Position numbers and translations under genes: made by a program. Shown here piece by piece: positions 1 to 7,784 of a stretch of DNA of 22,369 bases. The notes below the pieces were generated by a model. It was not told the origin of the DNA, made no database searches, and was given only the letters and a program-made list of their open reading frames with translations. Source of the stretch: an archaeon (GTDB lineage: Archaea > Iainarchaeota > Iainarchaeia > Iainarchaeales > Iainarchaeaceae); contig JBBSVV010000001.1 in NCBI GenBank assembly GCA_038046625.1, forward strand, positions 1 to 22,369, given 5' to 3'. How positions within the stretch are numbered: position 1 is the first letter of the stretch; each line of letters opens with the position of its first letter.

Positions 1-55
1 TTAAACAATTATTAGGCAATCCATACAAGCCAATTTATTTGGCTGAGGTGGAAAT

Positions 56-166
56 TTGGTGGAAATAAATTTCGTAGCGGTAATCGTTGCCGCCGTGGTT
101 TCGTTCGTAATCGGCTTCATTTGGTACAGCATGCCGGTTTTCGGGAAAAAATGCGCGCCTACCTAA
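56..166 (+). pseudogene. Truncated DUF1761-like membrane protein fragment (36 aa)
   Basis: Read by hand: GAGGTG SD at 45-50, TTG at 56, MVEINFVAVIVAAVVSFVIGFIWYSMPVFGKKCAPT*. Resembles the N-terminal IN..AV.VAA...F..G..WYS...FGK pattern of DUF1761 proteins (from memory) but stops after the first helix. Confidence 0.55.
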
Positions 167-231
167 GCAGCCATTGATAAATGAATGCATTTTTGCCAAC
201 TTTTAAATATTTTGGGGCTGTTGAATATATT

Positions 232-513
232 ATGAAGATGAGGTTTTGCCCGCAGTGCGCTTCGCTGAGTTTGTCTCAAATCGGAAACGGCGAAATCGAG
301 TGCACGGTCTGCCACTATAAGGGCGTTGCTGCCGAGGGCAGCATGGATGAAATGAATGCGCTCAAAAAAAGCTTTGACAGGATAAAGCTCAAGACGGTTG
401 ACTTCGCGCCCAAAAAAATCAGCGGCAACGAACTCCTGAAAAAAGAGAACGAGCTTGGTGAAAAGCTCAAGTCCATGAAGGGAAGAAAGAGCGACGATTT
501 TGAGATACTTTGA
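232..513 (+). CDS. Small zinc-ribbon protein (CPQC...CTVC) with charged C-terminus
   Basis: Two CxxC pairs. Start moved from 181 to ATG 232 because a TTTAAATA TATA box at 202-209 lies about 23 nt upstream. Confidence 0.75.
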   Translation: MKMRFCPQCASLSLSQIGNGEIECTVCHYKGVAAEGSMDEMNALKKSFDRIKLKTVDFAPKKISGNELLKKENELGEKLKSMKGRKSDDFEIL

Positions 514-532
514 CGTATAATTGATTATTCCT

Positions 533-564
533 GCTTTTTGCCGATTCCTTTGAATCCAAAAAGC
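533..564. terminator. Intergenic hairpin, possible terminator or processing signal
   Basis: GCTTTTTG-CC-GATTC-CTTT-GAATC-CAAAAAGC: a 13-bp stem with a 2-nt bulge, between the zinc-ribbon gene and the tRNA. Confidence 0.35.
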
Positions 565-615
565 CCTTACGAAAACTAATAAAAGTCTTTCCAGAGCGAT
601 ACTATTCATTCAGAG

Positions 616-689
616 GGGGGCGTAGTGTAGCTTGGTTATCACACGAGGCTGGGGGTCTCGTAACCCCAGTTCAAATCTGGGCGCTCCCA
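616..689 (+). tRNA. tRNA-Pro (anticodon GGG), intronless, CCA not encoded
   Basis: Acceptor stem GGGGGCG/CGCTCCC. Anticodon stem CGAGG/TCTCG with loop CT-GGG-GG (GGG at 651-653). T arm CCCAG-TTCAAAT-CTGGG. Discriminator A689. Confidence 0.97.
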
Positions 690-693
690 CACC

Positions 694-793
694 TTTTTTC
701 TTTCTTTGTCAAGAAAGAAAAAGCTGTGCCAAAAAAGAAAGAAAGTTAACCTATGCACCAAAAGAAAGAGTGTGAAGCTTTGCCAAAAAGAAA
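694..793. repeat. Oligo-T tract plus 12-bp perfect hairpin, followed by three imperfect CCA(4-6)GAAA repeats
   Basis: TTTTTCTTTCTT-TGTC-AAGAAAGAAAAA (695-722); AAGCTGTGCCAAAAAAGAAA (721-740); CCAAAAGAAAG (758-768); AAGCTTTGCCAAAAAGAAA (775-793). Confidence 0.6.
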
Positions 794-824
794 CCATTAA
801 ATTTCCCTAATCCGATATAATTTC

Positions 825-1133
825 ATGGGTTTGCTATCTCGTCGTAGAAAAACGTCAGCGACTGAACGGCCTGGCAAAAGGCTTCCTCCAATGATTACTC
901 TAGAGCCTAACGGTAAGTTCATGGCTCGCGCCGATGTTCCGGGAAGGGAAAGTGTGGCTATGCACGGGCACATCAAAGGTGGTGTGTTCCATGTTGAAAC
1001 AATGAATGGGAAACCCGCTTCCCAAGAGCTTGTGGGAACGGCGCCCGGAGTTTTACGGGAATTGCATGAAGCGCTGACTAAAAAATATGCGGGGCATGTT
1101 TCAGGTTTTGTGTTTCCACGAGCCGCAAAATAA
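825..1133 (+). CDS. Hypothetical small basic protein (102 aa)
   Basis: The only ORF filling the gap between the tRNA and proS. ATTAAAT TATA-like element near 796-802. Arg/Lys-rich N-terminus. No family recognised. Confidence 0.6.
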   Translation: MGLLSRRRKTSATERPGKRLPPMITLEPNGKFMARADVPGRESVAMHGHIKGGVFHVETMNGKPASQELVGTAPGVLRELHEALTKKYAGHVSGFVFPRAAK

Positions 1134-1188
1134 CCGCTTTTACGCCTTAACCAAAGCGTTTTAATAATTCTCTCGGATTGTTGTTTAC

Positions 1189-2622
1189 ATGTCTGAAAAG
1201 GAACAAACTCTGGGCCTGACGGTAAAGAAGGGCGCGGATTTCAGCGAGTGGTACAATCAAGTGGTTCTGAAGGCCGAGCTCGCGGATTACGCTCCGACGC
1301 GCGGCTTCATGGTGATTAGGCCCAACGGTTACGCAATTTGGGAGTCAATTCAAAGCTACTTCAACGCAGTTATGGAGAAGCACAAAGTCAGGAACGCCTA
1401 TTTCCCGCTTTTGATTCCAAAGAGTTTTTTTGAGAAAGAGGCGGAGCATGCCGCGGGATTCGCGCCGGAACTTGCGTGGGTCGAGGCCGAGGAAGGCGAG
1501 GAGAAGGTTGCGATACGCCCTACATCTGAAACCATAATGTATGATTTTTATGGGAAGTGGATTCGCTCGTGGCGCGATTTGCCTTTGAGGATTAACCAGT
1601 GGTGCAATGTTCTGCGCTGGGAAGTGAAGCAGACCAAATTGTTTTTGCGCACGCGCGAATTCCTTTGGCAGGAAGGGCATTGTGTTTACGCAACGAAAGA
1701 GGATTGTGATAAAGAAGTTCGTTTGTTCCTCGATGAGTACAAGAAATTGGTTGAGGCAATGCTCGCGATTCCGGTTGTTGCGGGCGTGAAAACGGAAAAG
1801 GAGAAATTTGCGGGCGCATTTTACACCACCACTATAGAGGCTTTGATGCCGGATGGAAGGGCATTGCAGATGGGCACCTCGCACAATTTGGGTCAGGGCT
1901 TTGCAAAGGCATTCGGAATAAAGTTCACGGACGAGAATGCGAAAGAGCAACTTCCGTGGCAGTCAAGCTGGGGCTTTTCAACGCGTTTGATCGGCGCGAT
2001 TGTTATGGTTCACGGCGATGACAAGGGTTTGGTGCTGCCGCCTAATATCGCGAGGAACAAGGCGGTCATTGTTCCGATTGTTTTCGAGAAATCCAAGGAG
2101 CAGGTGCTGAAAAAGGCGCGCGAAATCGCTTCAGGCCTTGATGAATTCGGCGTTTTTGTGGATGACCGCGACAATTACAGTGCGGGCTGGAAGTTCAACG
2201 AGTGGGAGCTCAAGGGGATTCCGCTGCGCATTGAATTGGGCCCTAAGGACATGGAGAAGAAGCACGTGGTTGTGGTGCGCAGGGACACCTCGAAAAAGGA
2301 ATTCGTGAAATTTTCCGAGCTGAAGAAAAGGCTCCCAAAAATTTTGGGTGAAATGCAGGCGGAAATGTTTGCAAAGGCGAAAAAGTTCCTTGATTCGAAC
2401 ATTGTTGAAGTGAAAAATTACGAGGAGTTTAAGCGCGCAATTGCCGGGAAGAAGATGGCCTTGGCTTGCTTCTGCATGGATCCGGAGCCGGAGGAAAAAA
2501 TCAAGGAAGAAACAGGCGCAACCTCGCGCTGCATCCCATTTGACCAGAAGGAAGCGAATGCAAAATGCTTTTTTTCCGGAAAGCCCTCCCAGAAAAAAGT
2601 TTTGTTTGCGAAGTCCTACTAA
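1189..2622 (+). CDS. proS: Proline--tRNA ligase, archaeal/eukaryote-like type
   Basis: RPTSET, QWCNVLRWE, FLRTREFLWQEGH, QMGTSHNLGQ.F, SWGFSTR, anticodon-binding domain (G.KFNEWELKGIPLRIELGP) and C-terminal AKSY. Confidence 0.98.
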   Translation: MSEKEQTLGLTVKKGADFSEWYNQVVLKAELADYAPTRGFMVIRPNGYAIWESIQSYFNAVMEKHKVRNAYFPLLIPKSFFEKEAEHAAGFAPELAWVEAEEGEEKVAIRPTSETIMYDFYGKWIRSWRDLPLRINQWCNVLRWEVKQTKLFLRTREFLWQEGHCVYATKEDCDKEVRLFLDEYKKLVEAMLAIPVVAGVKTEKEKFAGAFYTTTIEALMPDGRALQMGTSHNLGQGFAKAFGIKFTDENAKEQLPWQSSWGFSTRLIGAIVMVHGDDKGLVLPPNIARNKAVIVPIVFEKSKEQVLKKAREIASGLDEFGVFVDDRDNYSAGWKFNEWELKGIPLRIELGPKDMEKKHVVVVRRDTSKKEFVKFSELKKRLPKILGEMQAEMFAKAKKFLDSNIVEVKNYEEFKRAIAGKKMALACFCMDPEPEEKIKEETGATSRCIPFDQKEANAKCFFSGKPSQKKVLFAKSY

Positions 2623-3059
2623 TTGAGGTATGCCTCGTTTTTTCTGGGAAATTCCCTTTCCCAAACCTCGACTATTGAATCGTCTATTTTTTTGTCGTGG
2701 AACCTGAGAAAAAAGAAACCCTGCGAGGAGTAAAGCCTTTTTGCGGCCTCGTTGTCCCTTTTCACGAGCAATGATGCCTTTTTCGCGCCGTTGCTTTTCA
2801 GGAACTCAACCGCAAACTCGACCAGCTCCTTGCCAATGCCTTTTTTCCGGAGATTTTTTTTGACGCTCACGCCGTTTATGAAGCCAGTGTTTTTCCTGAT
2901 TTCGAGGTCCACGAATCCCGCAATGCTTTTGCCGAGGCTTTTCTTGAATATGAATGTCCCGTCTTTTTTGAGCCTTTCGGATATTTTTTCCTCCGAGAGT
3001 CTCGTGTACGGGAACTCCGTGTCAATCATTTTTGCGAGCCGCTTCGCGTCCTTCTCCAT
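2619..3059 (-). CDS. GNAT family N-acetyltransferase
   Basis: Acetyl-CoA motif V...LRKKGIGKEL and N.AA..LY...GF. Stop overlaps the proS stop convergently. Confidence 0.9.
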   Translation of the reverse strand: MEKDAKRLAKMIDTEFPYTRLSEEKISERLKKDGTFIFKKSLGKSIAGFVDLEIRKNTGFINGVSVKKNLRKKGIGKELVEFAVEFLKSNGAKKASLLVKRDNEAAKRLYSSQGFFFLRFHDKKIDDSIVEVWEREFPRKNEAYLN

Positions 3060-3073
3060 GGCCTTTGTGATGC

Positions 3074-3757
3074 TCAGTTTCTCACCATTTTTAGGTAATC
3101 ATTTATCTCGTCGAATGAAACGCTTGCGCCCGCAAATTTTGCCGCGTACAAAGCCGCCTCGAGGGATTGCTTGGATTTGTGCATTTCCTTTGCGAACGAG
3201 CCGTTCTCGTATGCAAGCGCAATCAGTTCTATTGACCTGAAGACAGGTATGTCGCCGAAGCTTTGCCTGAATTCCGCGAGGCTGTTTCTGTCCAGTTCAA
3301 CGCGTTTTTGGTGGCGCCTCTCGAGATAGCTGCGGAGCTGTTCCGGCTCCTCAATGAGCATCCTGGTTGTGCGCTCGTCAATGACCAGGGCGTCGCAGTT
3401 CATCTGTTTTATCAGTGCGAGGGTTTCGGATTCGCCCTCGTCAATGAGCCTTATGTTGTGGCATTCCTTTGTGCCGCATATTTTCGCGCTTATTGCCTGG
3501 AGCTCGTTCATTTTCTTTTTCACCAGCGGCGTTGTTTTAACGACCTTCAAATATCCTTCTTCTACCGCGTCGCGTATCCTTATTGCGTTGAGTTCGAATT
3601 TTTTTATTTTCACGGGCGTCGCAACGGATTCGCGGTAAACGGACTCCGGGATTATGAATGCGATTCCCTCCATTTCCGCGAGGTGCTTGAAGAGCCTTAT
3701 CATGCAGTTTCCGGAAATTGTTATCAGGGTGCTCGAGTCAACGACAAACTGTTTCAA
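3074..3757 (-). CDS. PIN-domain (VapC/COG2405-like) nuclease-fold protein
   Basis: VVDSSTLI, IPESVYRE, IDEGESETLAL and LVIDERTTR give the PIN acidic tetrad pattern. TTG start overlaps the upstream TGA. Confidence 0.8.
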   Translation of the reverse strand: MKQFVVDSSTLITISGNCMIRLFKHLAEMEGIAFIIPESVYRESVATPVKIKKFELNAIRIRDAVEEGYLKVVKTTPLVKKKMNELQAISAKICGTKECHNIRLIDEGESETLALIKQMNCDALVIDERTTRMLIEEPEQLRSYLERRHQKRVELDRNSLAEFRQSFGDIPVFRSIELIALAYENGSFAKEMHKSKQSLEAALYAAKFAGASVSFDEINDYLKMVRN

Positions 3758-4308
3758 GTGTTAAGCAACTCCCTCAACCTTTCAACCCTTTCGTGTATGG
3801 GCTTGGTGGCGTGCTGTTCATCATGTATCCTTGTTGTTCCTATGTACATCTGGAGCTCTTTCCTGTCCGCGCCGGTCAATGAGGCGGCCTGGCTCAGGCT
3901 CAGGCCGAGGGCGTATGCGGTTGAGGCCTGCTTTACTTTTGCCTTTTCGTAAATGTTTTTCGCGAAATGGCCCAGCTCATCGTCGATTTCCCTTATTTCA
4001 CTTATTACGTTGTTCAGGTTTTTCGTGTACATTGCCTCATTCTGTTTAAGCGCTGCTTCGAGGCATTTTTTGAGGGAATTTCCAATGCCTTGTGAAAGGC
4101 GCGGCCACACCCTGCTTTTCAGGAAATGGTCTTTCGTGAGTATCTTGTACAATGAGTAGGCTATTACAGAAAGGCTTGCGAGTTCGGAATCATTTTCGAC
4201 TGCCGCTTCCTCTATGCTGTCGTTTCCAAGCCTTTTCAGGTCCTGTGCCTGCCTGGCCTGAAAGGCCCTGAGAATGGCGTCTGTCCTGTTCCGGAGCCTG
4301 TGTTGCAT
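3754..4308 (-). CDS. Helical protein with C-terminal UPF0175-like HTH motif
   Basis: AYALGLSLSQAASLTG resembles the Y..G.ISL..AA.L.G helix-turn-helix. 4-bp overlap with the PIN gene. ATTAAATA TATA box at 4338-4331. Confidence 0.7.
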   Translation of the reverse strand: MQHRLRNRTDAILRAFQARQAQDLKRLGNDSIEEAAVENDSELASLSVIAYSLYKILTKDHFLKSRVWPRLSQGIGNSLKKCLEAALKQNEAMYTKNLNNVISEIREIDDELGHFAKNIYEKAKVKQASTAYALGLSLSQAASLTGADRKELQMYIGTTRIHDEQHATKPIHERVERLRELLNT

Positions 4309-4421
4309 ATATTATGAATGGGCTTTCACATATTTAATTTTTGTCCGAAAAGGCGTTTCACATGCCTGGGCTTTTTCGCCGTGTAAATAAGTTTTTATTG
4401 TGCCAAACCATTATTTAATGC

Positions 4422-5723
4422 ATGAAAAAGGCGTTATTCTGCCTGTTTGTGCTTGTTGCGCTGCCGATGGCTTCCGCTGTTTCCGGCAATGAGGCGGTTA
4501 ACCTTGTTGCGAATGCGGGGCATTACCTTTACGACAGCGAAACCTACACTCCGCCGAATGTTTCGGTTGAATTCGGCGGAAGTTCCTACTGGGTTATTCC
4601 TGTGACTTCCGGAAACAATATCACCACTTACTTTGCCGTTGCTGTTGATTCCGGCGGGCTTTCAACCTTGCGTTCGGTCAACAGGGGCCTCTTTGGGGTT
4701 GCCGAGGAACTGCGCGAGCTGCAATTGCTCAAGGAATCAATTTCCGCCAATTCGGGCGTTGAGTGGGTTTTCACGCAGAAGTACGAAACAATTTTTTCGG
4801 AGATTGCTGTTCAGATGGACAACGAGGTTTTTCAGCTCAACACGGTTGAAACAACCCTCGATTCCGAGGGCCTGAACCTGAATCTCTCTCCATTGAGAAA
4901 CGAGCTGTCATCCCTCTCTGCCAATGCTTCCGGAATATCATCGAAACTGGCATCGGCTTCTTCGCTTGAAAACGAATTTTCAACGAAGCCGTCGCAGGAA
5001 AACTTCGGCAAAATGAAGGGCGCCTTTAATTCTGTGTTCGACTCGATTTCAGGGCTCAATTCGGATTCAGTTTCATACCGGAGCAACGTTGACAAGCTCA
5101 AGCAGCAGATTTCACTTGCGGAGATTGACGTGCAGACAAAATCACAGTTGTTCGGGATTCTGGAGCTTCCGCAGGGCATGCAGGCAATTGGCTCGTATAA
5201 TCTCGATGCCACGCAGATTAGGGAATCATTTGAATCGAGGCTCGAGGCGAGTTCACTGCGCATGGATTCAATACTCAATGAAATGGAAAACAGGCTGCTG
5301 AAAAACGAGGTTTATGGCCTGCTTTATTCCGAGAACGGCAGGCTCAAAAAAGGCTCTTCGCAGTTCGAGATTTTGAGCGAGGCGCAGGCAACGATACTTT
5401 CAAAGGAGAACCGCCCGATATGGGTTAACCAGTCAGGAGTGAGGGACCTGGAGAAGGATTACGCGAGGGCAACAAAGCTCTATGGTGAAAGGAATTTTGC
5501 GGACGCAAAGGATTCTGCGGAAAAGGCGATTGATGACGTCATTGCAATTGAAAAAAAAGGCAGGGTTTCGACCGAGAATCCGCCGTTGTTTTCGCAGGAC
5601 CTTTTGTTCCAGGTTGCGGCCGTGCTCGCGGCGCTCCTGGTTGCACTTTACATTTTCAACAATCGCGGAAAGATAAGGGGTTTTATTTCGCCCTCGGCAG
5701 AGGAAGTTGATGCCGATGAATAA
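4422..5723 (+). CDS. Secreted, C-terminally membrane-anchored coiled-coil protein
   Basis: Signal peptide MKKALFCLFVLVALPMASA, long helical Ser/Glu-rich body, several N-x-S/T sequons, TM segment LLFQVAAVLAALLVALYIF followed by basic residues. Confidence 0.8.
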   Translation: MKKALFCLFVLVALPMASAVSGNEAVNLVANAGHYLYDSETYTPPNVSVEFGGSSYWVIPVTSGNNITTYFAVAVDSGGLSTLRSVNRGLFGVAEELRELQLLKESISANSGVEWVFTQKYETIFSEIAVQMDNEVFQLNTVETTLDSEGLNLNLSPLRNELSSLSANASGISSKLASASSLENEFSTKPSQENFGKMKGAFNSVFDSISGLNSDSVSYRSNVDKLKQQISLAEIDVQTKSQLFGILELPQGMQAIGSYNLDATQIRESFESRLEASSLRMDSILNEMENRLLKNEVYGLLYSENGRLKKGSSQFEILSEAQATILSKENRPIWVNQSGVRDLEKDYARATKLYGERNFADAKDSAEKAIDDVIAIEKKGRVSTENPPLFSQDLLFQVAAVLAALLVALYIFNNRGKIRGFISPSAEEVDADE

Positions 5724-6579
5724 GCACGCGCTTGCATTGTTTTTTTCTGTTCTGGCCGCCTCTATCTGCTTTGCGCAGGTTGCCGTGGTGATTGAGCCTT
5801 CGGGTGGCACGGCAAATCCTGTTTACCCTTTTGAGGCCAAGGAATACAGGCTCACTGTTGTGAACCTTTCAGGGGCCGAGGCGCGCAATGTTGATGTGCT
5901 GCTTTTCGCCCCAAAAGAGGCTGCCCTCGTTGTGAACGGTTCCGATGAAATTGAAAGGCTCTTCACTTTTGTTTCGCTTGGCGCTGGGCAGCAGCAGGAA
6001 AGAATTTTTCAGGTAAGGCCACTCGCGTTTTCGGAAGCCCCGCTTGAAATAAAGGCGGTTTACGGTGACGAGAATGCGCCGAATTCGGCTTCCGCGTTTT
6101 TGCAGGTTTTGAAGCCTGTTGTTTCCTTCAATGCTTCCCTGAGCAAGGATTCTTTCTCGCCGAATGAGCAGGGAAAAATAATGTTCAGTGTTTCGAATGA
6201 TTCAGGGCAGGAAACGCTTTTCGGAGTGAAGGCTGAGGCGTTTGCCACGGGTTCTATAACAAACATAAGCCCGCCGCTTGTTGTGGGTTTGCTTGAGCCC
6301 GGAAAAGGCATTCCAGAGTCTTCGTTTTCTTTCACAACCGGAAAGCGCCCTGAAAGGGATTTTTTGGCTCTCCGCCTGAGTTATTCGGATTCTTTGGGGA
6401 GCCATGCCCTGGAAAAGTCCTTCAGGGTCGAGTCGCGCGACAGGGATTATTCCGCGGCGCTTTTTGTGGGCGCAATCATTGTGCTTGTGCTTGTTTCGTT
6501 TTACTTCAGCAGGAAGCGCATGGCCGATGAAAAAAAGGGCGCGGCAAAAGATGCTGCTCTGCATCCGGACTCAAAATAA
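5707..6579 (+). CDS. Secreted membrane-anchored protein with two predicted Ig-like (CARDB/S-layer-type) beta domains
   Basis: Signal peptide, two beta-rich repeats (LTVVN.SG...NV.V and FSVSNDSG...GV.A, each followed by L..G), C-terminal TM plus RKR. True start is probably ATG 5716. Confidence 0.75.
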   Translation: MMPMNKHALALFFSVLAASICFAQVAVVIEPSGGTANPVYPFEAKEYRLTVVNLSGAEARNVDVLLFAPKEAALVVNGSDEIERLFTFVSLGAGQQQERIFQVRPLAFSEAPLEIKAVYGDENAPNSASAFLQVLKPVVSFNASLSKDSFSPNEQGKIMFSVSNDSGQETLFGVKAEAFATGSITNISPPLVVGLLEPGKGIPESSFSFTTGKRPERDFLALRLSYSDSLGSHALEKSFRVESRDRDYSAALFVGAIIVLVLVSFYFSRKRMADEKKGAAKDAALHPDSK

Positions 6580-6600
6580 CTTTTTTGGGGCATTTTGCAT

Positions 6601-7662
6601 TCAAGAAATTTCTATTATGTCCCCGTCCTTAAGCTCGTAGTCCTTTGAAACCCTTTGGCCCTCAAACTTTGTCGAGCCCCAGATGCGCGCGTACTTCATG
6701 TTTTTGGCCATGTCCTTGTGCAAATGCTGGGGAACGTCCTCGACCAGGGTGCCTTTTTTCATTACCATGGGGGAATCGAAATCAGGTTTTCCGCCGGGTT
6801 TTTTGGTGTACACCAGAATTTTATTCAATAATCCGAATATTTGTGTCCGCAATTCCGGCTCTTTAACTGTAAATGGGCATTTTAGAAAGAGGCAGTTTTT
6901 GTAATCAAGGTTCGTGTCCAGCACTTCCAGAATTTTTTCCATTGTGGTTTCTTCTTCCAGCAGGATGCTTGCTTTGTGTATTCCAAAGCCCTTGAGTGCG
7001 TCTTCCAGTTCCTTTTCGCTCATTTTCAAATGTTGCTTTCCCCCTATGGTAATTCCTTTGGATTCTGCCTGCTTAATGGTTATGCGGGGTTTTTCCCTTC
7101 CGACTATTATTCCTGATTTTTTGAGTTCGTTTATTACAATACTTTTTTCCTCATCGCTTGTATAAGTGATAATTAGTGCATCCGCGTTTCGCGCAAGCCC
7201 GAGAAGCTGCGTGCCGTTTGATTTGCCTTCGCTGCTTCCTTCAACAATTGCAGGAACTTCCACCAGCTGCACTTTTGCCCCCTTGTACTCCATTGCCCCG
7301 ACTTCGGGCTGTGTTGTTGTGAATGGATAGGGCGCAACCTCTACTTCGGCATTGGTCAGCATTTTGAGCAAATAGCTCTTTCCTGTATTTGGATAGCCAA
7401 GAATTGCTATTTGCCCGTCGCCATCTTTTTTTATGTTGATGGAGTGGCCCGTGGATTTTTTGGACTGTTCTCTTTCTTTTTCCATTTCCTTGCGAAGCTG
7501 TGCTATTTTCCAGGTGAGTTCTGCCAAAAGCTTTTCACTGGCTTTGTGTTTTGGCGCGAACTTGTGCATTTCCTGCAAATAGAGCAGCTTTTCATGTGCT
7601 GTTTTTGCCTGTTCGTATTTTTCCTTTGCTTTAAAATACTCGGGGCCCGCGTTGGTTGTCAT
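6601..7662 (-). CDS. OBG/DRG-family GTP-binding protein with TGS domain (degenerate G3-G5)
   Basis: N-terminal helical PKHKASE region, G1 GYPNTGKS, G2 YPFTT, TGS domain (VYTKKPG...ARIWGS.KF.GQRV..DY.L.DGDIIEI). Confidence 0.9.
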   Translation of the reverse strand: MTTNAGPEYFKAKEKYEQAKTAHEKLLYLQEMHKFAPKHKASEKLLAELTWKIAQLRKEMEKEREQSKKSTGHSINIKKDGDGQIAILGYPNTGKSYLLKMLTNAEVEVAPYPFTTTQPEVGAMEYKGAKVQLVEVPAIVEGSSEGKSNGTQLLGLARNADALIITYTSDEEKSIVINELKKSGIIVGREKPRITIKQAESKGITIGGKQHLKMSEKELEDALKGFGIHKASILLEEETTMEKILEVLDTNLDYKNCLFLKCPFTVKEPELRTQIFGLLNKILVYTKKPGGKPDFDSPMVMKKGTLVEDVPQHLHKDMAKNMKYARIWGSTKFEGQRVSKDYELKDGDIIEIS

Positions 7663-7784
7663 AAGTATACGGAAAAAATAAGTTGTTTTAAACCCGATAA
7701 TTTATGGCATTCCGGTCAATTGAGCAGTCAGTTAGAACCTGAAAATCATTGTAACCAATTCCATGCATAATTTTTATCGCTCAG

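Noticed and set aside
616..689. tRNA-Pro as attachment site of an integrated element
   Set aside because: No duplicate of the tRNA 3' end and no integrase found in the window.
2460..2622. Partly degenerate C-terminal zinc site of ProRS
   Set aside because: Loss of these Cys ligands is known variation within the family.
7700..7770. Faint similarity of TATGGCATTCCGGTCAATTGA to 13658-13680 (TTAGCATTTCTGGTTCGAATTGA), possibly an older repeat relic
   Set aside because: Needs several gaps over about 20 nt; cannot be distinguished from chance by eye.
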